A stretch of 62,682 bases of DNA, the filler included, from Platydemus manokwari (lineage: Eukaryota), in assembly GCA_037951405.1 (NCBI GenBank). It is 6 parts of 6 records of this genome, joined end to end, with 100 filler letters (N's around TTAATTAATTAA, not from the genome) between each part and the next. Parts side by side here need not be neighbours in the genome. Positions count along the whole stretch, not along the records: positions 9,877 to 21,946 come from JBBMOY010315558.1; positions 22,047 to 31,807 come from JBBMOY011208543.1; 4 more parts are not named here. One strand, given 5' to 3'. The stretch's first letter is position 1. The number at the start of each line of letters is the position of its first letter. Under the pieces are notes generated by a model that saw only the letters and a program-made list of their open reading frames with translations, had not been told where the DNA came from and did no database searches. The position numbers and the translations under genes are program-made. Positions 13,670 through 26,500 of this stretch are shown one piece after another.

Positions 13670-16600
13670 TTAAATAAAAAATAATTTTCCTTTATGAAAA
13701 TCATTGATCAAAATTTGTGAATCACTAGAGTCAGTTCTTGCGCTTTGGCCTGATGCAACACTGGCACTGTCATCATCAGTTAGTCCAATCAACGTTCTTC
13801 CTCTAAAGGCAGCCAAATGTGCATAATATGTCGGTGCTGGATATGAAACGCTTCGTGTACACCTTGCGTATACATGACATAAAAAGTAAGTAAAACTCTG
13901 CAAGTCATCTGATCCCCAATTATTTTCATCAAACAAGACATGATAATGGGCAGGTTTTGAAGTTCCCTAAATATAATAAATAATTATTATTCTAGATTTA
14001 ACTGAAATCGAAAATTTCCGATATTACGAAAGAACTGTAATTTTGTTAAATAAAATGTTTATTGAATTTGTTTACTTGAATTCCGTCATGAGAACAAAGA
14101 TAAAAGTCAAATTCTCTGCAGTGAGTAATATCTTTATCGATAACTGTCCCAGATGGAACGTTTCCAGACTTTCCAACTTCGTCTTCCCTGCCATAATTTA
14201 TTAAGGAATTTTAAAAACTGAAATTACCGTTTAGCAGGAAAGAATCGAATTTTATGACGTTTTTGAACAATAATGTATGTTATTGGAGGTTGATAATCAG
14301 GACTTAGCTTTTGACAAGCCCTTTGAATAGCAATTATTTCGTGTTGAAAAACAATTTCAAATTGACCTTCTGAAACACCATCACGATAAAATATTAAATG
14401 TCTTGGTTTCAATTGTTTATTCATCTGATAGAAATTCTAAAATGTATTAAATTATAGATTAAACATTGTTACATTAAAAACAATGGAATTTAATGAAGAT
14501 CTATTAGTATTGATAATGAATTGTATACAGTTTAGTAATATTGTCAATCTAATCATGCTAGCTGCTACTCATATGCATACTTATACATTGATGAAACAAA
14601 TTATAGGTTATATGACTAATCAGAAAATTTCCTAAATCAACACATCTATCTCCTACAAATGAAATTTGTATATTATGAAAATGTTTTGCCCATGAAACTT
14701 GTATTTTGTTAACAGAAACAAAACAAGTTTAGAAGTTGATTTCAATACAGTGAACAGACGAAATAATTAATTAAAATTTTCTTTAGTCTTTTGAAAACTA
14801 GTTTATTGGAAAGAATATTGTTCATATAAATAGACAATCTAATAAATTGTAATGACTAGCTGGGAAAATCCTATAATATTCGGTGATCTGAAGTATATAT
14901 TTAATATTTTCATATTTCAATATAATTGTCTTGAATTTGAAAAAGGTTATTTTTATAACATTGTTAAAATATTTACAAAATATAAATAATTTTATCGCAC
15001 ATATTTCTCCTTGAGATGTCATAAAACATGTAAATTTAAAACAATATAATTTGTTATAGTACATACTTTCAATAACTGGTGCACCATATCTTCCATTTCT
15101 AAAACAACTTCCACAATGGCTTTCTCTTTCTTTGATATTTGCTGACGAATAACAGCGGAATAGAGAGTAGCCGAATGATTTACACTACCAACAATAGCAG
15201 CAACACTTTTCGCTAGATCTTTTCTCGTTGAAGCCGGATGTGTTACATCGATTCCAAAAACCATAAACGAATCTTTCACCGGAGTAAATGTTCCTTCGTT
15301 TATAGAATTTAACTCCCAATTTACACCGCCAAGTTTCGTATTTATTTTTAACATAACATTGCCTAGATCAAAGATTTTTTTATAATTAAACGAAAAAAAA
15401 ATCCGATATAAACTCTGTTTTACATTGATTTCAATTTAATTTATACCATAAATATATATTTTTTTAATTTTTGGTATATAACAGGGGTGGCCAACCGGTC
15501 GATCTTTAAGCCAATTTTAATCGGTCGCGTGAGATGTTATTCAAATGAAAAGTCGATCTTACGTACACAAAAGTTGGCCACCTCTGGTATATACAATACA
15601 AATAAGAGATTGGGAAGAGGAACCACTGAAAACAAAAAATTCTAATAGATTCAATCTGACATAAAATATGATATATAATTGTGAAAAGATAATAAAAGTA
15701 TTAAGTTCACTTTTATGTGGATTTTCTGAATGGGATTTTTAATAAGTGCCAATAGAAAAATTATCAAACAACATGTTTGTTGCAAGAAAACATGGCCTGA
15801 ATGTAATGAAAAGTCATTTTGTCGAAAAATTGAATTCGTAAACTATATCTTGATTGGATAAGGTTTTCAAAAATTATCAGAACATTCTTCAGATGATTTT
15901 GAAATTCATGCATTTTATGAAGATTAATCTTAGAATGATTTCGAAAAAATGAATAGAAATCTCACTTACATCAAGTATCATTCAAAAATATCCAAAACCT
16001 GTATATATATAATATACAATGCATCATATTGAATTTTTAATTAAATTTGGGATAGTTTTGTCTAATATATCATTGAAATTACAGCATATGGAGTAAACCC
16101 CATGAAAGAACATAATGCATATATTAATGTAAATACAAGAAATATAGATGCTTAAATAACATTACTGATAATCTAAATTTCTGACTAATTACACGGTAGC
16201 AAGAATTCACCAGGAAAACATAAAACAAATTAGGTTAAAGTTTTATTCGAGATAAATCTTATATTTCGACTTTGTAAATCTAGAACAAATATTTGAAATA
16301 AATAATTATGATTATCAATCAAATCAGGCCATGTTAAAAGCTGAAATGAAAGATTTATCGTTAATAATGTTGAAATAATTATATAGATCCCACTTGAACA
16401 AATTTGTTTTCAAGTAAATGTAAAACTTAAGAAAAAAATAAGTGCCAAATGATCACAATAAAACACAAGTTTTCATATCAACTATTTCCAGACCTATTTA
16501 TTAAAGATTACCTAAATATTGATCCAAATTTCTTTGTCTAGAGAGATTACTGAATTTCAAACATTGCGTAACGATACCGTAAGACATATCACCAAATCTC

Positions 16601-19600
16601 TTTACAGCCCTGTAATCTTCATCTTTATTAACCACAAAAATCAATAAATCAAGAGGTTTTTTTTCCTATGTTAAATTTAATTGTGTTTTTTATCAACAAA
16701 AATTACTTTTTTAGAATCATCGATCACATTAGTGGCTAGTTGTTCAATACCTTGACAAGAAACATAAGAAAAATGAAACATTGGCATTATATTCATTCCT
16801 ACTCCATTCGCTGCTCTTCCAATTTTTTCTTCAACATCATAAAGACATCTTTCATTCTGATAAATATCAATAAAATCGATAATTAATTTGTTTCAAAATG
16901 ATGATAAAGAGAAATGTAAAATATATCACCCTTTGATAATCTCGTTCTTGACCAACGGCAAAGAGAGCCCAATTTATCGATCTATTATATGGGTTTAAAA
17001 ATCTTTTGTTTCTAATATCCCATTTTCCAGAACGCAATACCTCCATTTTTGGACCACCAAACAGTGCCTGTGGCCCATCGAGAACTCGCCCAGTTACATT
17101 GATGAGATTGGGGTCAATTTCGATCATGTAATTTTTCAAAAATTTATCAGCACTATAGAAATAAGAATAATAATAGATTCGGTAAATAAATAGGTACCGA
17201 TTATTTAATCCAAGCGATCCAATAGCTTTTTTTAGATTAGCTAATCTGTCAAAACATGGAATAGCCGCAAATCTAATGACTTCTTGTACGATTCTACCAT
17301 CGCTAGAGACTACCTTTTGAAAAGGCAACACCGTTAATAATTCTATCGGGAGAAAAGTGTCTTTGACGGGGTTAGTCTATGTAAGAAAAATATTGAAAAT
17401 TCACTAGAGTTGTAATTTTTGATTAACATTTATAGATATAATGACATTTAAATATTATTATTTAAAACAATTAAGCTGACAACGATTCAAATAAGTAACT
17501 GAATTATTTTGCCCATGAAATTCAGTGATTGAAAAAATATTTATGTTATTTAAAACATAAGACAAACATAAGAAAAGCATAAAGTGAAATCAATTGTCGT
17601 TGTCCAGAATATAAATCTTCACAATGGATAATTTTTTAAATGATTCCATTGACATTTACACAAACTCTCAAAAGAAATAACGTTAAACAATAGAGAATCT
17701 GTAAATTAATTTAGAAAGAAAATCGATATAATTTTACACCGAAATTCTAATAATCATATATCTCATACCTTTATCATTTGTAGATTTGGGTATTTCAAAG
17801 TGATATTGTATTCATTTTTAAAATACTGTTCAATGGACATATTTTTCTCAGCAATTCTTTCTTCTCTGGCACTTTTCTTGGAAAATCCACAAATGGTATA
17901 CTTACGACTGTACGGTTTGCCTAATTTCATAATAAAACTTATCAATAAACAATGTAAGAACTCAACAATTGAAACATTTTCATCGCTATCAGATAATAAA
18001 TTCGTCAAAATATAAAATACACGTGAGATCATTTATAGTAGTAAATTAATTTATTCAAATAATCCAAATATTCATGAAACATATCATATTTAAGAATAGT
18101 AGATTTATTGTAATCGATTTTTTTTAGGGGGAAAGCCTCACTACATTGTTAAATTTATAAAAAATAGAAAAAAATTCAGAGATTCGGATAATTATTTTAT
18201 ACTGATGAATAGAACATGTCTTGTTAGAAATATTATTATTATTAGTGATGATCTTTTACAAAAACGCTTCTTATCAATTTAGAAAAACTTGGTATTTTAC
18301 TCAAAATTTGAGTAGAGTATATTATAAAAAATAGAGTATATTATACATTTACGATTACTAGCTATCGTAGTTTTGAAATACGTTTTCTGAATTGGTTTTA
18401 TAATAAAAATATATTGATAATATTACAAAACATAGAGCAAAAGATTAAACCACTCTTTCTAAAACCGTCGCTATTGATGAGTACAACAATGTTTATAGCC
18501 TAAAATTTAATATGAGCTTTACCATGCTTTACAAATGTTAATCAAGATAATTTCAAATCCAAATAAAATTTTCGAAACACACACACATACACACATACAT
18601 ATATATGAGAGGTGTGGATCTGATTTGATGGATGTATGAATTGCTAAAATTTAATTTACTGGTATATAGTACTACTAGATATCGCCTGGAAATGACTGTA
18701 AAATCAATCTTTCAGTAGACTATCAATTGTGAATAGCAAACCATTTTATTACTGACAACAGCAATTCTTAAATGCAAATATCCGAGAAATTAAAATTTAA
18801 TACTGTCAGAACTTAATTATTTAGAAGATGATTAATGATGAAGACTGCCAATATTTTACTATTATTATCTGTTACTAATAATAATGCAAAATAGTTGACA
18901 GTTGGAATTAAATGCAAGCGCAAATATTTACAAATATATAATGACATCCTTAGGAAATATTTAAAATTATTATCGAATTAACTTGTTTCGGATTAATATT
19001 TTATTAATATTTATGAAGGCTAAAAGTTTTTAATACATATGAAAATCAAGAATACCTTCGGCATTCTTCAAATGATAAGCCTCAACACGAACAGATTTCA
19101 ATTTTTCATTTAACATTCTTGCATTAAATTGATTCAATGGAGCAATTTTTTGGATATAATCAATAAGATTGATTGGTTCATGACAAACGATTTGGGTCTA
19201 AATAAAAAGTCTATTGAAAATTAGAATGTATTATTTTATTTTAAAGATTTTTGTGTGTAGAATGTTACAATTCGAACATAAAACACTCATTAGTTTTAAA
19301 GATGTTATTATAAAACATAATCAAAATTACACATTCATTATATAATTATAATACTGTTAGATTTGGAATATTAATCAGATCGATTTTGTCCATTTACAAA
19401 ACTATATTTCGTACACATACATTAATCGTTAAAGGATTTTATTTCATAGAAACGTTAATATCAGTAGTAGAAAACTTTAATATTGTGTTTACGGGACATT
19501 TTGTGAATGTTGATCATTTATTGATTTGTAATTAAAACCAAATACATTCATCATATTATTTGATATGACGCCAGTTTTTTGGTTGGTTTGCAGATTTATA

Positions 19601-21197
19601 TAGGTCATCATTGTTCATAAAAATCTCAATAAAATAAGGGAAGCTAATTGGTTAAAAATATTTCATTGTGAGCCAATAATAACTTGTGTATACTGGCAGC
19701 ATCGATATAAGGAAAATTTTGTGACATTACTGATCTGTTCGAAACGTAATAGAGAAAATTCATGTTGTAAAGGAATGTGAAAATTGTTGAGCACTCAGAG
19801 AATAGAACTAACATTATTGACAAAAATATAACTGAACAAAATAATAAAATACGCCATTTAATTGGGTCATTCCATGATTATTAAAATAGTGAAATGAATA
19901 ATAATAATTCATTCTTGACCTGCTTAAAATTCGAAATTCTCATTTGAAATAAAATTTTCCATCCTTCAATTTGAAAGAATATACTTTTGAAAAATTTATA
20001 TAATCTGGGGGAAACGGACACAAGTATTTCTAGCCAATGTTATGTAGAAATTAATGAACCGAATAATATTTTAATAAATGCAACTCTAGTATGTGATTGA
20101 ATGCATTATTTGATGATCGAATAATGTTAGTGTGTTAGTCGTATATTGTGATTGGATATGCCGCCATAACTAAATTCTTAATTTTGTATTAAATTTTGAC
20201 GGTTGTGTTTTTGAATAAAGTTCCCAAAATTACCTTAACAACATAATAGAAATTAACAAGGAAATTTCTTTTAAAAATTCTTTTATTATAAAAAACAAAC
20301 ACATGTATTAAAATTTTTTTAAATAATAAAAATTTAAATTTATAATATTTAAATACTAATTAAAATTATCTAATAATTTGATGCAAAACAGTTCCAAATT
20401 TGATTACTAGATAAACATCATCAGGGGCAATTATTGATTAATATATACCAAAGAAACTAAATAGTAGTAAATCACAAACAAAGTCAAACATTTATCAATT
20501 TGGTCGATTGTTACGATAATACTGATTATACTGATAATAAATAATTAGCTCTTTTTCAAAATGAAAAGAAACTTAGAATAATACGAAAAATGATTATATT
20601 ATTATTATATTGCAATATTATTGATCAATGCCACAAATTTAGAAAGAGATTAGATTCGATTTTTAAAGTGTAACCATATCAATTTTAAATAAAAATCAAT
20701 ATTAAAAATATATCATTTAAGTTACTGGCAATCATAAAACAAATACCTTATCATAGTTGAATCTGATTTTCCACATGTGAGGTCGAACTGTGGTTGAATA
20801 TCCATCCATCAATACATAAGGACCACATTTGAGTGGAATAGATGTTTTCGGATCGAAAATTGCTCTTCCACCAATTGATATTAAATTTTTATTGAGAAAC
20901 ATTTCTTTCATTACTGTATCAAGCGCTCTTAATGCTTCCTATAAAACATAACAAATAGTACAAATAAATTAAAATTATACCTGTGGCATATCATCACTGG
21001 ATCCTTTCCGGGAATCGACATAATTGATTAAATTATCTAAATCTATATCTTCTTCTTTTACATGTTGAATCGTAAAATGACAAACGGTATTTTCTTTGTC
21101 GAATACATAATTAAATGTTATGTTTGTAGGTTCATCGGGAAACGGTAACAATTTGTTATTGAAGATAATTCGACCACCATCAAAAACAGGTACACCA
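13670..21197 (-). CDS. Ago: Argonaute (AGO subfamily, divergent, probably flatworm-specific clade), 5'-incomplete; ~773 aa visible
   Basis: 12 GT-AG exons give one open frame: 21197-20981, 20938-20747, 19197-19056, 17920-17769, 17376-17198, 17152-16930, 16856-16707, 16665-16512, 15362-15067, 14436-14228, 14187-14076, 13966-13670. Motifs: N/L1 ([26 protein letters not shown]), PAZ ([20 protein letters not shown]), MID ([20 protein letters not shown]), PIWI ([45 protein letters not shown]). N-terminal exon(s) not found before the 21947 gap. Confidence 0.95.
15482..15586. mobile_element. hAT (Buster/Charlie-type) MITE, 105 bp, in an Ago intron
   Basis: 14-bp TIRs CAGGGGTGGCCAAC / GTTGGCCACCTCTG (1 mismatch); 8-bp TSD GTATATAA (15474-81) / GTATATAC (15587-94) with central TA. 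Confidence 0.85.
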
Positions 21198-22046
21198 CTG
21201 ATAAGTATATTTCAAGTAGACAAGTGTAATGAAATAAAATTTTAAATATTATTTGGCAAGTATAATCTATAATTGTATCTACTTCTGTAAACTTTATCAC
21301 ACATACGCCATAAACAGATGAATTTTCAATACTAGAAAGTTAAAGTCAGTTCAAAACAGTTTCACCTTATTTTAATAAAACACATTTACATAATAAGATG
21401 TATAAATTATTCGCATGCTCGTGTTATATCACAAAGAATGATGTAATCAAAGCAAAATCATTGAAGTGTGATTGTTATTAACGATGAAAGGGTATTTATT
21501 GAATTAAAGGATGATGAATCGGTTTAATATTGTAAACTTAAAATTTAAAGTTACGATTTCAAAAGCTCAGTATATTGACCAATTGTCGATTTGATGCTTT
21601 TTACAACTACACATAATTTTATTTAGCCATCACTCCCTGGCATGTTTCGTTTCAAAGAAAGATATCCCGAAATACCACCAAAATAAAAGCTAGTAATGCG
21701 GCTAATAAAACAATTTTAAACTCAAAATTCTGATTAGTTAAACATCAACAATTACTCAGGAAATTTCAATATTATCGATTAAGATATTTTAAAAAATTAT
21801 TTAATTTAAACAAAAAACTTTTGATTTAAAATTATACAATCTTTGTTTCTTGAGTATCGGACTATGACACTAAAAATAAAGTTACATCTCATTTTTTATA
21901 GTTCCAGCTGTTTTAGACAGCTGTTTTAGACTCAATCCGAAATACTNNNNNNNNNNNNNNNNNNNNNNNNNNNNNNNNNNNNNNNNNNNNTTAATTAATT
22001 AANNNNNNNNNNNNNNNNNNNNNNNNNNNNNNNNNNNNNNNNNNNN

Positions 22047-22122
<76 letters not shown>

Positions 22123-22124
22123 TA
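22047..22124. repeat. (ATT)n microsatellite; others at ~9708-9776, ~40535-40560, ~49500-49580
   Basis: Direct inspection; two of them abut gaps. Confidence 0.9.
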
Positions 22125-23159
22125 TAATTTTTTCTAATATTTAAATTAATTAACCCATTCATACCGCTAAGGATAATTGAACTCTTTCAAAAATATATTT
22201 TTAAATAAAATTTGTAATAAATCTATAAATAAATAAAACTATAAATAAGTAAACTTCGGAACTGGGGGGCAAAATGAAACACTTTTCTCATGGAATATCC
22301 ATGTTAAATTAAGAATCAAGTTAAAAATTTGCAAACAAGGTTATTGGCAATAGTTTCGCCAAATCTTGACGTATCCAATGATAACTAATTTATACAATTT
22401 AATTAAAAGTAAATGTGGAAAATAACCCATGTTTCAATCATTTCTGTCATATGAACAATTTCAGGATATATATATTAATCATTAGGTAAATGTTGAAATG
22501 AAATCCCAGTTGTTATAATTAAACTCGTGGGTAATTATTTCACTGACTAATTTTCGTAAATCGATATCACGGAGGACGCTCGAAAAAAATTGTACCTGAA
22601 TTCTAAAATTACCAATATGTTCAAAAATGATTGAAAAGGAGTAGGCAGTCAGATTGACTAAAATGACATATATAAATCAACGGAGTCACCCAAGAAGATT
22701 TCAGGGTATCACAAACACTCCTCTCACTTGTGTTTACTCATCTCTAACAAATGTTTTTTTAGATAAACACTATCGATCTTATTGAATCATATGTTAATTT
22801 GAAAGCCAACGGTTATTAACGCCACATTAATTCATAGTTTTTCGGTGACTCCTATCATAACAAATAGCTATTTATTAAGGGGGATTTTTTTGAGAAATCA
22901 CACGAAATAAACGACATGTAGTGAACAACAATTTATTTTTGTTTTGATTACAAAAAAATCTGATTTATATTCAATTGAAATCCAGCTAAATCGATAAACA
23001 TTTTTTTTTCATTGATAAGTCATTTGGCATTTGACAGAAGTTTGCCACACCTGTTTCAAACAAAAGAAAGTACTGTAAACATAAATTAAACAATTTATAA
23101 AATCTCATGGATTATCATTATTTTACTCGATAATTAATCCAATTCTATTTTGATTTCAG

Positions 23160-23512
23160 GCGTATTCTCATATTCTTATTCTCAACATTGATTCTAAATT
23201 TATTCGGAAAAATGCACTTTTGTCAAGTGAGTTGTTTGTGTATCAATTTTTTTGTGGATTTGATTTATTAAAATTTATTAAAAATAGTGTGTCTTCTATC
23301 ACAAACACAGACATGGAGTATCACAACGAATAATGGATTACAGAGCCGACTTCAATTCTCATAGAAGATTCGTCAGAATATTCAATCCTGGAATACCTGG
23401 CTTTATCAGTAACAGATACAATAAACTGGTGATAATTGAGAATCAAGATTTTACAAGCAGTTCAGGTGATTTTTTTATTAATCCATCAGGGATTTTAAAT
23501 TTTTTTTATTAA
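23160..23512 (+). CDS. Putative small orphan protein (exons 23160-23226 and 23288-23465/23512)
   Basis: ttttgatttcAG acceptor, GTGAGT donor and a 61-nt intron join in phase to give RILIFLFSTLILNLFGKMHFCQ|CVFYHKHRHGVSQRIMDYRADFNSHRRFVRIFNPGIPGFISNRYNKLVIIENQDFTSSSG... No recognised domain. Confidence 0.35.
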
Positions 23513-26500
23513 TTTTCATTTTTTACACCTTAATCAGGTGTGTGTGTCTAAAACCATTCATTTTTATAGGCATCGTTCTGAATTAAAAACTCATTTATAA
23601 TTCTGATTTTCTCCATAGTTTTAATTCAGACATACTTGGGTGGTTAATGCGTTTATCATGAATCTAAATTGTAAATTCAACAAGTCCATAAGAATATTAA
23701 TAATTTTGATCAGATATTATTTTTTCTATTTTTAAGTTCATAATAAATTTAAAATTTGATTTTCTTGAATTTGAAATTAATCCACTAGATTCGATTTTAC
23801 TTTAAATAGTATTTGGCAATTCTTGCGGTGAAAGAAAAAATATACTTTTTCAAGTTTTGCGACGACAAATAGTGTATTGGTTTTTAGTGAATATCGTAAT
23901 AGGCTTTTATAATATCTGAATCATATAATTATAGATAGATAAAAATAGTATCTGTAATTTTAAGAAGACTATGTACTATTTTTCTGAAAATTTAGTGCTA
24001 CTCATAAATTGAATAATTTTCCCTTTCTTAAGAATTGATGGAATCCTTTTATTTAACTTTTAAAAATGAATTCAGTACTTTAGATGAAAAAAACATTATC
24101 GTTCATTTAATAAACTTTAATGGTTAATTTTTATTACATTTTCTTGAGCATTCTCACATATTGATTGGCAATATTAAACTACGGATTAAAGTGCTGGGTT
24201 TATTTTATTTTTGTTTATTTTCAAAACATAAACATTCTAATTGGTGATTCTGAATTGTTTAGAAATCTCAGAATTTTATACACACTTTTTACTATTTTAT
24301 TATTAACCATTTAATGACAAAAGAAAAGATAATATTAACAAAACAAAAATCGATCAATTCAAATTATTTTGTCAGCAAAGTTATCCATTCTGGTTGTCCT
24401 ATAAGCACGAATATTAGCACCGACAATATTCATATCTGTTCTCAGGAAACAATAAATAATATAATAAAATATAATAAAATACTTATTATTTAGTAAAATA
24501 TTTAATTCGATACATTAAAAATAGATTGAAATTAATTTATTTTCATTGAAACAAATCTTAGATAATTATTTAAAAATTTGAGAAACAAGGGTTTGAGAAT
24601 ATATAAATTAAATATTAAACATTTTCGAAATTATACATAGGAAATTCGAGAAATATTTCGTCATATCCGAAATATTTGTAATAATTATTTTTATTATTAT
24701 TACGATTTAAATTTTTATTCAACATTATAAAATAAAAACATCATTAAAATTCCCAGAGAAATTATTTTTGTTAAATTGATTTTTGTTTTGATAATTAAAG
24801 CTAAGGTTACGACAAACGATAGATATAATCATTGTTTTGTTCATAATATTGTATTAAAATTATTAGGGCAAAAGAGAAAAAAATATATGTATATAAGTGT
24901 GTGTGTGACTGTGTGTGTCTACTCATCATGTTGACACTGAAAGTAATAAAATGTATTATTTCGATAATCGTTTATTACATCATGAATATTTATATTGAAA
25001 ATAAACGTACTTCCTCCCGTCAATTCTTAGAAAAGCAACTTGTTTTCAAAGGGACTAACGTATTAATTAGTACAATCCAAAATTGATTACAATAATAACA
25101 TTTTCTGTAGCACGCTAAAAGATTTGATTTACTTGACTTAATTAATTTATGTTGATTTACATCCACGGAAATTTTGTGTATCCCGAATAAATCTCGATCA
25201 TTGAATTATTTTTTTCTGATGGCACACTGCAGGGAATTAATACCACTGTGGTAAGCCTCGACCGTACTTTTGTAGCCACTGTGGTTAAATAAAATTTCAA
25301 ACGATAATCTTGAACAATAATAAAAAAAATTTCGAATTTTTAAGTTTCTAATGATGTTAGAGAAAATATTCATCAAATCTTTATCAATTATTGAATTAAA
25401 TTTGTTTATTTATTGGCAGATATAATCATTTTTGATTGTTTGTCTGTTAAATGTTTGTCTGAAAATGAAAGTGCAAATGAAACAGTGATATTGAAAAAAA
25501 ACTGATATAAAGATATTATTTTGTTTTAATCTAAACAATCGATTTTGATTTTTTGTTTTAATGTAAGATTTTTTTCCTTCGATATTTTAATGAAATAGAA
25601 ATCTTGATTTATTTTGACAAAAAGAGAATAACCTTTACAAGTTATTATTTCCACAAACATTGATTTATTATTAGGTTTAAAGTTTGGCATTTTCATTATC
25701 CAACAACTGTCTATGGGGTCTTCTGATTTTCACTGTCAAAATTTATTAACTATCGAAAATGATAACCACGTTTTACAAAAAAATTTTTTGTTCAATTTCA
25801 CCAATGTCTCGAAATTTTTGAATTTTTTTTTCTGTCGAAAAATTTAGTCAAACATATCAACAAAAAAATTATAATTGTTACGAAAAAATCGATAATTTTA
25901 AACGTATCGAAATTTTTGTTTTATTAATTGAATTTGTTAGTAAAAAAAGATTTTTCAAATCCAGTCACTTAACGTAAAAATTGACCTGGTATCAAACAAA
26001 TTAATAAAAAAAATTATTTTTTAAAGTGCATAAATAAAATTAGTACATATTCGCACAAGAAACCATTTCGAGAAGTCGTGAAAATTTGTTTATATCGATG
26101 GAAATATATTGCAAATTTCAAATATTGGATAGATGATATTTTTATAAAATCAATTATCGTTGCATTATAAAATAATATTATCATGGTCCAGATCACTGAC
26201 TTCGTCGATGTTGTTCTTCATTTAACTCGAGACCTACCTGAACACTGTTAATTATTGAAAATTATCCTCAGACTGTCTGTAATAGACTTGTTGTCAGTAA
26301 CAGACAACACAGTTTTTTCCTGCCTGCTTCTTTTACAATTACAACTGTTTCTGAATTTGGCACAGATGTTATCGTAGATGATATTAGTATTGTTGCGAAA
26401 GTACTGGTTTTATAACTTCAAATACAATCACAAGACACCGTAGATAAAGGGAATTAAAAAACAAACACACAAACGTAACACACTTGAATATAATATCAAA

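Noticed and set aside
25241-25286. Two CCACTGTGG palindromes 35 nt apart
   Set aside because: Only two short copies; no array, TSD or extended hairpin.
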